A stretch of 64,000 nt of DNA from positions 817,443 to 881,442 of the forward strand of contig NW_027192191.1 in NCBI RefSeq assembly GCF_041956535.1. The letters run 5' to 3'. The stretch's first letter is position 1. Every line of letters starts with the position of its first letter. Origin of the DNA: Calcarisporiella thermophila CBS 279.70 (taxonomy: Eukaryota; Fungi; Calcarisporiellomycota). A program made the translations under genes and the position numbers. The notes beneath the pieces are model-generated. The model made no database searches. It was not told the DNA's origin and worked only from the letters and a program-made list of their open reading frames with translations. Below are positions 37,373-51,174 of this stretch, in pieces.

Positions 37373-38630
37373 CGTAATTAACGTCGAACAAACTTGCAAT
37401 AAACCCAGCAATGACCAGCAGACTCGACCGCATAAGGACCAACAATTCGGACTAGACCCTTCAAGTAATGACTCTAATGCACTTCAAAATAGCACCCCAT
37501 TCGCCAAGAATCAAGAGGCTCAATCAGCTTCAGCTTCCTCTCTTGCAGAAAACAAAACTTCTCCCCCCACCTCCGCAGTAAGCAGTAGGCGCCGAAAGTC
37601 CCACCGGCCTATGGCTGCCTACAAGTCTGGTATCATAAAATTCAAGGTGAATTCACCGCCTCTCTCTCGTGGGCATATTCCTACTCCTGAAGACGCTATT
37701 TCGGTGACCTCATTATCCGGTGTCCCTCTTGGTGTCTCCGCTCAGCTCAACCCAAGTCCTGTGAAATCAGTGCTTGACAGCCCCTTTTTCAATGCTAGCC
37801 CGATGGACTCATCGCATCGGGTTCCTGCCGAATCTCCTGGTACCCCTGCTCCTATGTCTGCCGCACTCTTTGAAGATCTTTCAGCTCTTGGACTACCAGC
37901 TGAATCTGATAGTAGCAGTGGCAGTGTTAGCATGAGTAACAGTTTGGCTGATCTTTTTCCCTCATCCCAAGAGGAGCTAGGCCAATTGTTAAATAGCTCC
38001 TCTCTTTTATTCCCAAGCGATACGAGTACAATTTCGCTTATAGACGAGTTATTCCCATCTGTGGGTTCCTCGTCCACTTCGCCCGCACATTCTCTTCTTG
38101 CTACCCCTGCTATGCCCTCTTTAGAGAACACCCCATGGCTCGAGGCTCTCAGCACCCCGATTTTGGAGCCTGCCAATGATTCGTTCATTGTACCCGTCAA
38201 ACCTTCAACTAACTCTAACACCGACACTTCGATGCCCACTCCGCCCATGGGAACGGGAACTCCTGCTCCTCTTTCAAGTCGTAAACGCTCTCATGAAGCT
38301 ATTGATGAGCTTGCTGCTAACGAGAATGCAAATTCTCCAGTGCTTGACGCAGCAGCTTTGAGGCGTCTGCGGAACACCGATGCTGCGCGGAGATCGCGAC
38401 TCAAAAAGATGGCGCACATGGAACATCTCGAGAAAAGGGTGGAGGAACTTGAAAGCAATAACACTAGTCTCAAACTTAAGGTGGCTATTTTGGAGAGCGA
38501 ACGCAACAACTTGGAACAACGTGATATGGAATCTGTCAGTAGAATTCAAAGGCTTGAGGAGCAGCTCTCACAAGCCCACGCCGCTCTAACTGCTCGGATA
38601 TTGAGAGCTGCGTCGTCTTCTAGCAAGTAA
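37335..38630 (+). CDS. GCN4: Gcn4/CpcA-like bZIP transcription factor, apparently intronless (true start uncertain: 37335 or 37611)
   Basis: Basic region AALRRLRNTDAARRSRLKK plus extended leucine zipper; Ser/Pro-rich acidic region with hydrophobic patches. Confidence 0.75.
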   Translation: MSRGLLPQDQVVDVINVEQTCNKPSNDQQTRPHKDQQFGLDPSSNDSNALQNSTPFAKNQEAQSASASSLAENKTSPPTSAVSSRRRKSHRPMAAYKSGIIKFKVNSPPLSRGHIPTPEDAISVTSLSGVPLGVSAQLNPSPVKSVLDSPFFNASPMDSSHRVPAESPGTPAPMSAALFEDLSALGLPAESDSSSGSVSMSNSLADLFPSSQEELGQLLNSSSLLFPSDTSTISLIDELFPSVGSSSTSPAHSLLATPAMPSLENTPWLEALSTPILEPANDSFIVPVKPSTNSNTDTSMPTPPMGTGTPAPLSSRKRSHEAIDELAANENANSPVLDAAALRRLRNTDAARRSRLKKMAHMEHLEKRVEELESNNTSLKLKVAILESERNNLEQRDMESVSRIQRLEEQLSQAHAALTARILRAASSSSK

Positions 38631-39417
38631 ATGAGAAGCTCATTTTCATTTATTGGATTTGCCCCGAGAACTTTTCTTCATGATTTTGTTTTTTGTGTCT
38701 TTTTTAACGGATATATATCTAACCCAGGTTCGTATTACTTATCGTACATATCGTAGTGAAAATGAAAAGAAAGGAATCATTTTTCTCCTGTTATTTCCCT
38801 TAGGTTTTGCTTTGGATGTACTCTACCAAAGAGAAAACTTTTTTTGCTTTACCACTTTCTGTTAATTGTTTTCCTGCTTGTCTTGCTCTTGCCATCTTCC
38901 GTGTTCCTTTTAATTTGCTAAAGAAGCGACTCGGGATAATAAAATTCGTACCTTCGTATTCGAGCTTCTATTCTAGTCTATTTTAAAGTGATATATATTA
39001 GCTTCTTTTGATTTTTCTATTAATGACAAGATCTCCTAGTAGAGTGTATAAATATAAATCATATGTCACTGAATCCTACTATCGATGTAAGTTTAGCTTC
39101 TACGCATATTGAATAGCAAAACTAATACAAATTTTTTTCCCACATAAAAAAAACTTGGAGAGATCCGCTCAACATTCTTCTGCCTCTCTGAATCACTTAG
39201 GATGAAAATATGCTTAGAGTTCTACGATATATGGGATTGAAGGATAAAATAATCAACCAAATAACTGTTTCTCTAGCATGTGAGCGGTGAAAGTTTTCCG
39301 CTCAAAGTTTTTCAAAAAGCTTTTTAAGAGTCTCGAGTTTCAGCAGATTTCCTTTCTCTTGTTCGTCCGTTTTCCCTTTTTCTCCTTTGAATGAACTTCC
39401 TCCATATACCCTCACTC

Positions 39418-39735
39418 ATGAAATATTTTCAAATATTTGTAGTCGCTGCGCTCCTCGTTGCAGCCAACGCCCAGGCGGCTAAAGATTGTAATGAGGCCCC
39501 AACTCCCGAATGCCGGCAAATGTGCACAATAGTAAACGAGTGCTCCACGAAAGAAAACAATAACGAGGTTGTCAGTTGTCTCTGTGCTCGAGGATTCGGA
39601 CCAGTTGGATGCAAGTGCTATGTCGACCTCAAAGTGACTGAGCTGAGTCTCGAAGAGTGCACAAAAAAGGTTGCGGAAGGATGCAAGGATAACTCCAGTG
39701 CGAACATCTTTTCCCGATTCTTGTTCAAGCACTAG
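39418..39735 (+). CDS. small secreted 10-Cys protein (105 aa)
   Basis: Signal peptide MKYFQIFVVAALLVAANA; 10 Cys including CLC and CKC. Confidence 0.8.
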   Translation: MKYFQIFVVAALLVAANAQAAKDCNEAPTPECRQMCTIVNECSTKENNNEVVSCLCARGFGPVGCKCYVDLKVTELSLEECTKKVAEGCKDNSSANIFSRFLFKH

Positions 39736-40390
39736 GGGTGATTGTTTCCTGTGTCGGAGAGTCAGTTAAATGATAAGTCTTGTATACCGTAATGTGATAA
39801 TATGATATAAATTTGTATATTGAAGATTTTCGTTTATTGAAAGCAAATTATCTTAAGAAAACGTGAAGAAATACCAAGGTGAAGAAGAGTGGTTGCAAGA
39901 TGTTAACTTCGGGAGGTAGAAATGAAATATTATCATTGTTCATTTGTGTAAGCAATAAAAGGCGTGTTGCTCTGCGCATTTTGTGTCAAAGGGGTCAACT
40001 TTTTTGGTTTTCGATTGTGGAGAAGAATGCCATTTTTTTAGAGTTTATTTGTGCTCATCCCATTTGAATCTCGCATGGAACCTCGGAATGAAAAATCCAA
40101 TGAACCATTCGCTATGGTGTAAGGTTGTTATGCTTATTAAATACAACGCGGGTATTTCAACTTAGTTGGCTGCCCAGAATGAGTAGAATAGCGGATATTT
40201 CCACTTTCCCTCAGAGGAGTGTAGTGGTAATAAATGGTTAAATTGTATTCAGATTATATTCAAATTACATTTGTCTATACAAAAAGTATCACGCTTGATA
40301 TAACGAAATAAAAACTAGGGTCGCAATATAAAAAATAGATATGTGATTATAAGTGTCGGTATACGTATCAAAAACGAATTAGGAGAATAA

Positions 40391-42073
40391 TCAGTCCATT
40401 GCGTCGCTTTTATACAAAGGGAGATATTCCTGAGCAAGATTGCTCTGTCTGATAACGTGATAAGCATAGACGCCGGCAGCAGAGATAATAAACCTGGTTA
40501 TAAATTTTAATCAATCAGTCTCGCGAAAAAGTAAATAACAGTAATGTATCCAAACCCGGCAAAATTAAGGATGTTGAGTTGGTCACCGTACAAAAACATA
40601 GATATGGTAATCAAAACTGCATCTTTTGTAATTCCTGGAATCCCCAAAGTTACATTACTTCCTGCTCGAAGCAAGCGTAGCTCAGTGAACAAGACCAAAA
40701 AGGCTAACGTTGCACCGATTCCCACAAGAACAAATGTCTCTAGTAATCGGTTAAGCGAGGCGAAATGGGGTGATTTGTGAATTAATCCAACAAAATTTTC
40801 TAAACAAAAAGATAAAATAATCGAGGTAAAGAAGGCGATGGGTGAGAGAAGTCGAATTGTTTTTATTGGGCTGTTCGGACTCTTTTCATTTCGGTAGAGT
40901 ACTTCAGTAAGGGGCCAGCGCAAGCCGCTTGCGATTGACGCAAAAAAGATAGTCGTGAAACCCGAGTGCGCAATTTTTGGAGGATCCAAAACGAATAGAG
41001 AAACTCCCGAAGAGATAATTGCAATAATTGACACCAGTGATAAGCGAAAACGCTCTAAACCGAACACGACTGCAAACAAAATGATAAATACAGGTGTCGA
41101 GTATTTGAGCTTTTAGTGGAGTTGGAGAGATTCAACGGCTGTAAGAATGTGAAATATAAAATATCTTTACATACCAGAGTGTAAAAGCTCAATGGAACAA
41201 AACTCAAGGCAATATTCGAGGTGCATATCTCTATCGCTACAGCTAAACCGCATGGGATCTTCGATACACCTAAAGATCAGTATTCTAGATTGAAAACCGT
41301 AAAACACGCACTACATACTATATTTTTTAAGTAATAAATCCCATCTTTAAGCTTTGGATTTTTTGGTAATAATTCGCGTGTCTTATTGGCTGTCGGGGTG
41401 TCTAGTTGAGGGAAGAGTTTCAAGAGTAGGGAGGAGAGAATATAATGGTACGCGGAATAAAAGGAAGCTAATAGTAATGGAAATTGCCCATTCCTACGTG
41501 AATAAAAGACTGTAAATAAAATGTTTTCAGCAGATGGTGCTTGGAATCTTACCAGTGGTTCTTGTCTAGCATATTCTTATTAAAAAGGGCCAGCATGATA
41601 GAAAAAAAGAACCAGGCTAGAACATAAGGAACATGTTTACGCGAAACGTTGCTGTCAAGTTTATCGGAATTTCGGGCTTTCACATATACTACTGGGCCCA
41701 ACTCCGGCATTATAAAGAGTTTTTCTTCAGCAGGCGTGTGGCCTGGAAGTTCATGACCTGGCTCTTCTTGTGATATATGTTCCTCTGAAATGGTCTCTTG
41801 GTGCCGCATATCTAACGATATTTCTTCGGGTATTGAATTCTGCCCGAATGGCTCCATTCTATCTAATGTGTCAGATATCTGATTAATGGCTGCGGGAATA
41901 TCCTTTGCCTTTTCCACGACACTTTTAATTCCGTTGTCTAACGTCTTTGCCTGTTCTGTAAAGAATTTCTGAAGGTCGCCAGAGAACGGAAAAGGTTGCT
42001 GTTGTAAAGAGGAGCCAAGCCCAATTAATTGACGCTGCGGAAGCGCGAACTTGCTGTTATATGGCCCATTCAT
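40391..42073 (-). CDS. triose-phosphate/nucleotide-sugar transporter family (SLC35C2/Ymd8-like), multi-exon
   Basis: WFFFSIMLALFNKNML..NGQFPLLL, PCGLAVAIEICTSNIAL, FAVVFGLER, SGLRWPLTE, LAFLVLFTELRLL. Confidence 0.8.
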
Positions 42074-42236
42074 TATCGTGGATGGTGAGAAGAAACTATG
42101 TTCCTGTAGCACTCAAAAAAAAGTCGATCACAAAAAGTGACGCAGCACTTTGACGTGTATATTTCCCTTTTTTTTATTTCAAGGTTCCTAAATGGGTTTG
42201 TTCAACTTCATTTAACTACCGAGATCCTTACATAAA

Positions 42237-45200
42237 ATGGACATATCTAAAGAACAAGACACAGCAGATAACGAAAACGCAGTTACCCAAGAAGACTCTT
42301 CACAGATTCATCAAACTCCTAAGTTGGAGCAACAAGAAGAGAATGCAACAGGAAACGGGAAATCTCTAATTCCAGAAGACAGTCATGACTCTACGCATGA
42401 ACCTAACTCCTTCAAACGCGCACGATTAACCCCCCCTGCTGCTACTGCTGAGATAGCTACAGGGCGAGACGAATGGAGTTCTCATGGTGGCGTCGAACAT
42501 CGCGTTGAGGACGAGTCCAAACACGTCCATTGTAAGTGCTTTTGATTTTGAAATGGCAATTGAATTATTTGGTTGCCCCGCAATCAAATTCAATATTCAT
42601 TTTCTGGTATGTATTTTTATTTTAGCTGAATCTTCACATACATCCCACCCTCAGCATTCAATTTCTTCGAATCCACAAACACCACCTAGTAGCGCTTCCT
42701 CCCAAATTCCGCGTACTTCTCAAATAGGTCCGCCTTCGGCTTTTGATCCTATTAGAGAGAACCGAATGCATGCATCTGATTACTCCAGCCATGCTCCTCA
42801 CGTGTCCAGAGAACAGAGTGGTGCATCGCCGCCTGCACTACCTCCAGTATCGACCCTGCCGCGGCTCTCTCAATCTTTTGAACTCCCCTCTATTCAAAAT
42901 CTTGGAAGCGGATCGCTCCTTCCCCCTCTGAGACCCCCTACACAAAGAATGTCCGTCTCTTCTATTTTGAGCCGCAATAGCGACGATTCATACACAGAGA
43001 AAAAACAAGGTCGGAATGAGCAGGGACCTAATGCACGCGGATCTAGTTTACCTCCTTTAAATGAAGCTGACAGTAGTAGACAAAGCGCGGATTACTACGG
43101 CCATCAAGCTAATAACCTTCTCTCTATAGCTCGGTCCAGTAGTCAGCCTCCGACTCCATTAAAACAAGAGACACAGTCTAGTGAAGAACATAAGCCACCA
43201 TCAGGAGGAGTGAGCGAACCAAGTATACAGGAAGAGCCTCCACAAATGCGGCCGCCGTCACCGCCACTTGGTCTTTCTACCTACACACCATATCCAGGAC
43301 ACCCACTCTACTCTGGCCCACCAGATATATTGGGTGGTGGCCACGCCAATTCGCACCACGACCCCATGCTTACCGATCGGATGGCTGAGAGTTCGGTTGA
43401 TTCTTTACATTATCCCAAACAAAATGATATCATGGATGACACCCACGTAATCAACGGGTTCCGCGATGTGGTTGAAACAAATAGGTCTGCTAATCAGGCC
43501 GACGAGAGAAAACCGCAGTTGGTAGTCAAGAACGATCCATCACTTGATATGGCTGGATATCCGGAACATTTCCTTGGTAAACGGCGACTCGCTTATCTGA
43601 CAGATTTTTACAGATTTTTAATTTTAATTTCATATAATAGGAAGCTTTACTTATTCACCAGACTGGATTGCTCCTTCGGAACTGTTACGCATCAACGGAC
43701 TACTCGAAGTTCGCATCCCGTCCATTTATTTAACACATGATAACCCAAAGGTGGTGAAAAAGGCAGTGTGGGGAACAGAGGTGTATACAGATGATTCGGA
43801 TGTTGTTGCAAGTAAGTTCGCAACAATTAGATTAAAAGCTCTATATATATTTATTCTTCTAATTACTTTTATTAACTGCAGTGGTGATCCACTCTGGAAA
43901 ATATGAGTTACCCCCTCCCGGCAAATGCAAAATATCACCCGCTCCGGAACACGATCTCTCAGTGACGCTGCGAGTCCTCCCTAAACTTGTGCGCTACGGC
44001 GCCTCCCAGTGTCATGGAATTGAGAGCCGCGAATGGAACTCGCATGACGGCCTAAGTTACCGTGTCGAAAGTATCATGCCTATTGCCAAAGGTGCTGCGT
44101 GTCGCCATGGTCGAAAGCAACATAAAAAGTGGATGAATAGCGATGCACTCTTCCGAAGACATGTAAGTACTGATTTGACCGCAGATGTGACTGGGGATGC
44201 GCTGTTGATTTCAGCAGCAGCGCAGTTTGGCAACCCGGTGGTGCTGCAATTCAACCGAGAGCGAGATCCATGGTATGGATATCATTTCTTATTCTGGAGA
44301 GATGTCATAGTAATTTACCCTGAATCATGCAATAGTTTTAAGTACATGCCTCATTTGTTGACATCTCAAGAAGACAAACGAAGCGAATATATACCAAATG
44401 CACGAGAATGGTTGCAGAAAGGTGATGTGATATATCTCGAAAACGATAAAGAGAGGTATGTGCATATATTCGCCCCTCGAGTACCAAAACATTTTTAATA
44501 ATATTTAAACAACAGGTACGAACTTAGCTTCCACGACGAGAAATTCAAAGTCTCTCTTGTCTCGCCTTCAGCATGCCTTAGTTCCTCTTCTAATCGCAAG
44601 CGGCAGCGCCAAGAGGATGAATACGCTAAAGGTCAAGCTGCACTGCAAGTCTATCCTCTCCCTGATTCAAGCATTGAACGTGTTTTAGCAGATAATTTGA
44701 ACTGGGATGACATCATTTGGTCGCATAATTGTGTCGCGTTTAAGATTCCATCCTCCAACACTAAAGATCTATTAGCAGGAACAGGAGCAGGAGCAGGAAC
44801 AGGAGCAGGAGCAGGAGCAGGAGCAGATGATAGCACTTTGACAAAGGATTCCACCAATATGGCCGATCTATTATCCTGGCGCACACTGGATCGTGACCTC
44901 GCAGCCCATTTCACCGGAGAAGCTCGCGCAAATAACGTCTTGATATGTTGTGTCCAAAGGTTCTATTGGCGAGAATCCGGAAGGCGAAGAGCCCAAGAGG
45001 ACGAGATGGAGGAAGAGAAGGAAGGAGAGCCAATAAGAAAAGAGAATGGGGAAGCTAGGGCAGACCAGAAAGAGACAAAAGAAAGTGAGAAAACTTCTGC
45101 CGAGAAGGATGAAGGGAACGTGCATGGGCCTGAGCATGAGAACAAACAGGAGCCTGAAAACAAGCCAAATCCAAAGCCAGAGCTTGAGCCCGAGAGCAAG

Positions 45201-45410
45201 ATGGATTTAGATGAGCCTGCTTTGAAGACAGCGACAACAATATGGGCGGATGTGAATCAAACTGAACCGGAAGACATCTCTGTATCCAAATCAAGCAACG
45301 CTAAGGAGAGCGTGAAAAACTCAGGTGATGCATTAGAGCCACAATCAAAATCGCCTGCGACCGAGAATAAAGAACAGAAGCCTATAAAGCAGCAACAAAG
45401 TAATCATTAG
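42237..45410 (+). CDS. RXT3: Rxt3-like histone deacetylase complex subunit with long disordered termini, multi-exon
   Basis: LEVRIPSIYL..VWGTEVYTDDSDVVA..IHSG, DLSVTLRVLPKLVRY, SREWNSHDGLSYRVE. Confidence 0.85.
44775..44826 (+). repeat. coding hexanucleotide microsatellite (GCAGGA/ACAGGA)n encoding a Gly-Ala/Thr run
   Basis: AGTGAGAGTGAGAGAGA in the last RXT3 exon. Confidence 0.9.
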
Positions 45411-45796
45411 ATCTACGATTATGGAGATAATATTCTTTGAGTGTGGGATTAATTAGCCTATCACTCCTAAATATTCTCCATTTTTTTACTGTTTTAGCGG
45501 ATTTATTCTATTGTTTTTTTTTTCCCTTCGCTTTCTGGCATATTCTGTGATTTAAACAAGTCTATATTTTTAAATAATAGCAGCAGGGAAGGAAATAAAG
45601 AAGATTGAGATAGCAGCGAAATAAGATCATTACATATAGATCTCATTATTTTGGTGTAAAGAAAAGGGAAAAAAAGTATCAATAAGCAATATCAACATGT
45701 AAATATACTTATTGTTATCTATGACATTGTGGAATACAGTATATAAAATCATCAATTTATATCATTTTTGATTAAAGCAAGTGCTGTTTCAGATGA

Positions 45797-48700
45797 CTAG
45801 ACGTTCACCAATTGCATCGCCGTTGATGCTCTAGCCTTGGCAATAAGCAGATCTAGTTCTCCAGATCGCTCGCAAAGAGAGTAAAAAACGCTGTTTTGAT
45901 TCTGGAGCAAATTCCAGGGTGAATCAAACTCGACAATTCTACCTTGATCCAGGACCAAGATGCGATTGTAATCTATGACTGTCTGCAATCGATGTGCAAT
46001 ACAGATCAGTGTGGCATCTGAAAATTCTTCACGGATAGTAGTCTGAATCCGTGAGTCGGTATCAAAGTCGACTGAAGCGGTTGCCTCATCCATGACCAAT
46101 ATTTTGGAGTTGCGAAGTAGGGCACGGGCAAGGCAGAGTAACGAGCGTTGTCCTTGGCTGAAGTTTCCTCCACCTTCGCTGACCGGCATGTCAAGGGATG
46201 TGATAGCTCTATTTTGCTCGGAGGAATATTCAGAGACATGTGCGGGATTATCAATGAGGTGGACGCGCCTAAGAGAGGCCCACAATTCAGCATCATCGTG
46301 TTCATCAAAAGGATCCAGATTGGAGCGGATGGTTCCAGAGAATAGAATGGGTTCTAAATCAGATAATATAGATCAAAAAGGGACATTAAGCAATGAAATT
46401 TTGCAGTTATGAGTAAATTTTGTACCTTGTGGAATTATTGTAAGCCTAGAGCGCAAATCATGCAACCCAATCGAAGAGATATCGATGCCATCAATCGAGA
46501 TGCTCCCAGATTCTGGCTCGACAAATCGAAAGAGTGATATTGCCATGGTAGATTTGCCTGATCCAGTTCTTCCCACGATGCCAACCTTTTCCCCTGGGTT
46601 GATGGTGAAGCTGATGCCGTGAATCACAGGATCAAGTTCTGGCGCATATTTTATCACCAGATCTTTCACTTGGATGCGACCATCGGTGGGCCATGCAGCG
46701 GGGGGTCGAGATCCCTCAATGATGGCAGGAGGCTCCTGGGGCATGTCAACGAACTCTTGCACACGCTCAACGGCATTCAAACTCATTTCCATTTCAGTGT
46801 ACCATCTCATGAAGAAATTGACCTGACTCACAAAATTAAGCGCATAACTCAAAGCTAGACCCGCAGTGCCAGCGTCCACCTCACCACGAGCAATACGGAA
46901 TAAAAGGAAACCACCTGTAAGTCCAGAAACAAGAGCGCCAATGCCATCTGCACGTACACTGAGCCAGCGATTCGAACACCAGAGATAATAGTAAGGCCTG
47001 AGATTATTCTCTACTCTGCATAGCAATTCGTTCATGAATCGAGATTGCTCGCCGAAAGCTCGAATAGTCGCCACACCGACAAGAGTTTCGCCAAAGTGAG
47101 AGTAGATTGGGCTTCGTGAAACAGAGTCGAGACGCTTAAGTTCTCGGGAATTAGCTATATACATTCTACCGACCCAGTAATATATCAAGGCTAGAAAAGA
47201 ATGGGGCAGGTTAAACCTTCGACCAATAAAGGAGTATTACTACAAATGCATACCGATGATAATAGATATAACTAAGAACCAAGGGGCAATGTAATCTATC
47301 ACCACCACCACTGCTGAAACAGCGATAGCGTTTATCAATACGCCAGACCAGTTAACAACAAGCTGTGCATCAACTGCCTCAAGATCCTACAAAAATAAAA
47401 TGAATAAACATCTGAGCATAAATTTTGGCGCTCGCCCGTACCTTTGCAAATCGATTGAGTATTCTCCCGATGGGGGTTTTGTCATAAAACCGAATTGGCG
47501 CGCGTAAGATAGCGTTAAGCAATCTTTCGTGCAGGATGCGGCTAGCTCGCAGAGAACCAGTATACTGAACCGCGAGCCGAATTACGGTGAATGAAATTGT
47601 AGATATACAGATGAGAGCATAGATCGAGAGATAGTAATAGATGCTCGCCGACTCCATTGCGTTCTTGCTCGTGCTTAAGTTGGAATCATAAGACGATACC
47701 GAAAAGGACTCCTGGGGAGAGTTGAGGGGCAAGGCGGTGATGAGATTAGGCAATACCATAGGTGCAAAAAATGAGCCATCCTCCGTATTGACCAAGGTGT
47801 TATTGACAAGTAACCCAGCTATATCCTGTTTTTGGTTCTGTCTTGAGCCATACACTTTAGTCCATTCTCGTAGCCACCAAGATTCCATGACAAGCGAAGC
47901 ACGAGCCATCAAAATTCCTCCAAAATGACCCAGGGCGAAGAGAATACCACCAGCGGCAACAAGATAGGTCATGTAGACTTCAAGCTTAACTCCACCACGT
48001 TCACGAGCTTCCTCCTGAACCAACTTTCCGTTGGGTTTCGCATCAGGATTACTATTATTTTGATCCGCAGTGGAAGAGCTCAGGGCATTTGTGTTTTGCC
48101 CTGGCAATGATATGTCCAATCCGTTGATAATTGGCAAAGGCTCGTCCTCTCCAGATTCAGCCGCAGTATCACTAGATTCAGAATCCTCATAATCCGCAGC
48201 CATGTCTGAAGGAACTGTTGCAGCTTCTTCAGCAAGCATACTTGCCAATCTTCCACTTTCTCGTAGCTTAGTAACTTCGCCCGCAGCTTCGACACGACCA
48301 TCCCGAATAGAGACTAAGTATTTAGCGGAAGGCAAACAAAGGCGGACGTGATGCGTTACCAAGATTCGAGTGCGCCCACGCATAAGCTCTCCAGTCAAGC
48401 AACGAAGATATATATGTTTCGCGGTATGTGAGTCCACAGCTGACAGACAATCATCCAATAATACATGTGATGCACGCGAGTAAACAGCACGAGCCAAGGC
48501 AATTCTTTGCTTTTGTCCTCCCGACAAAGTAATTCCCTTTTCACCCACTTCAGTCTGATCTCCTTGCTCTAAGATCTCTAGATCTCGTACAAGTGCACAG
48601 TCCCGCAATACTTTACGGTAGCGGTCCATGTCGAGCGGCTGTCCAAACAAAATATTTTCGCGGATGGTTGCCTGTTGTAGCCAGGGTTGTTGCGCAACAT

Positions 48701-51174
48701 AGGCAATTCCGTTGCGGTTTAACAAAGTGACTGGGTCAAGCAACACTTGACCACGTGGAAGAAACACTTTCCCACTAACAATATCCATCTCTCCGAGCAT
48801 AGCCATCAGCAAACTTGTCTTGCCACAACCAGTAGGACCGAAGACGATGCTTAATTCACCAATTGGAAAATCAAGTGTCAATTCACGCAGCTGGAAGGTC
48901 GAATTGTTTGCTGACTCAGTGGCTTCCTTAAGAGTCGAGCCCACATGCCATTGAAATGATGCACCTTCAAATCCAATTTTTTGTATCTCTCCAGATTGCT
49001 GTAAATGTTGCGGAGAGAGGGGGCTAATCTCATCAGCAGTCAGAAAAGATTCGATGCGTCGTAAAGAAACTAATCCGTTCAGCACATCCATTAGCACATC
49101 TGGCAACGCACTCAGCGGAACGCGCAGTCTTTCAAAAATGGCAATAGCTGTGAACGCAGTGGCAGCTGTAAGTTCACGCTTCTCCACCCCAGTGTAAAAA
49201 GCAAATGAGAAGAGTGGTACAAGGACAGGCGTCCCTACCCAAACCATGGTTTGGCCTCCCAGACATATAAAGGAATACATCAACTGCTTCAACTCATGTT
49301 TGCGTACATCGAGGATGCGGTCCCGAAAGCGTGGCTCCCAAGCAAAAAATTTGACCATTCTTATTCCCTGCAACAGCTCATTCATCAGAGATATGCGAGA
49401 GTCGCGCGCAGCCATTAAACGATTCTGGTAGTGGTTGTAGAGCCTCGAAACGACCGAATTCAAAGGGATGATCAGGACCATCACCGCAAATCCAAAGATG
49501 GCCGACCAAAATCCAATGACCGTACATAAAAATGCGAAGCCAATCACTATAGTCACAGGACATACTACGAGGAAATACCAAAAAGACGAGATGACTCCGA
49601 CGCGATGCGTGTCAACAGCCATCAAATTCGTGATTTTGCCAATATCTGCTTGTGATGCATCATCTACCTCCTTCTCATCCACTACTAGCCCAGTTAGGTC
49701 TTTACGACGCAAACTTTTTGCATATACATCTCCGTTAAGTTGTCCTCGCAAGTTGATATCCATGGATCTGCCATGGTAGAACATTTGTCCCGATGCTAGC
49801 GTACGCACTACTTGACATGAAGTCATACATATTACGTACAAAAATGCGAGTTCCAGTTTGTCTGTTGGATGTTGGATATAATTCAGCAATTTCTGAAGGA
49901 AAAATGGTGCACCATAGTCGAACAAGGATACGATTAAACAGAACACAATTTGCATAGTCAACGATCCGGAGTTTGCAGCTACTATTCGTCGGAGTAACGA
50001 GGATTTCCTAAAATTGCCATTTTGAATGAGTTAGATACAAATTAAAAATGAAAAAGCTCAGGGGTGTCTACCTGATGGTCGAAAAATATTCAAATTGACC
50101 TTTTGGCTGGTACTCTGGAGGAAGCTCGTACAGGTCCTGCTCTTCTAATGGGCGCTTGAAACCAAGCTGAATCAAGGGATTTACCCAATTGAAAGTCAGA
50201 GTTGCAAAAATAGAAGCTTGACTACTGGGACTTGGCTCTCGAGGCTAATACAAAGAGAAAAAGATGAGCATTTAAGAGTATGGAACTCATATAAAAAAGA
50301 ATATCTACATTTTCCTTCGTGTCCTGCTCCGTCCTTCCATGGAGATTAACGGGGGTCCATGGAACGGGGATAGTAAATGCGTTAATAAACGCCAAAAGCG
50401 AGAAAGTAGTGTATATGATGGTAAAAACAAAGTTCGCAATATTTCTATGCTTGTCTGACGATTCTGCGTTCAAAATGGTTGCACGGAGACGTATAAGAGA
50501 TGCAACGAATACGGAGAATGTGAACATATTGAGGAGTATAATTCCTGACATGGGAGAGATCCGACGTTTCATTATGGAGTAGGTAAGTATACATGCGATG
50601 ATCTATAAGCGGCAAGAGATATGTCAGTGAATGTATCTAATCACCTCAGCGCTATATTCATATACCCAGCAGAGACATGCTACAGTAGGCGCTACAATCT
50701 CGAAAGCAGCTAAATATCCTCCATTCTTTAGATAGTCAACTGTGCGAAAACCAGCCAATGTGGCAAAGCCGATTGCTTGGAACAAAAGAATAATTTGGAG
50801 AAATATACATCTCTTAAAGGATCTTCGGATTACAGACTCTTCGAAGTTGATTTTATACACATCATCCTGGCTGAGTGAATCATAATCAGAGCCTTGGAGA
50901 AATTTTCGGCGACTGGATAGAACAATGAAAAAGAGAGAAATAAATGTGATAAAAAGCGGAATTATAGCATCAAATAAACTATTGCAGAGAAAAAAAAGGT
51001 AAATAGAAGTCAGCGGTTAGAATAAATGGTACTAACCTTTCGTATACACATGGTACCAACAAAGAAAATGGGTTGGTATTCTGCCATTAAATGAAAATGT
51101 TAATAGGGAATCTCAGTGACAATATAACACAAAAATGCAACCTGCTCCCCACAGAAATCGGACACAATTCCCAT
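45797..51174 (-). CDS. ABCC/MRP full-length transporter (Ybt1/Bpt1-like), multi-exon
   Basis: NBD1 GPTGCGKT, LSGGQKQR, LLDDCLSAVD; NBD2 GRTGSGKS, FSQGQRSL, VMDEATA; TMD motifs FYDKTPIGRILNRF, RELKRLDSVSRSPIYSHF; N-terminal TMD0. Confidence 0.93.

Noticed and set aside
34835-38549. Antisense and alternate-frame ORFs over MRC1 and the bZIP gene (and similarly over ABCC and the P-ATPase)
   Set aside because: Shadow ORFs of low-complexity or GC-rich coding sequence, with no independent motifs.
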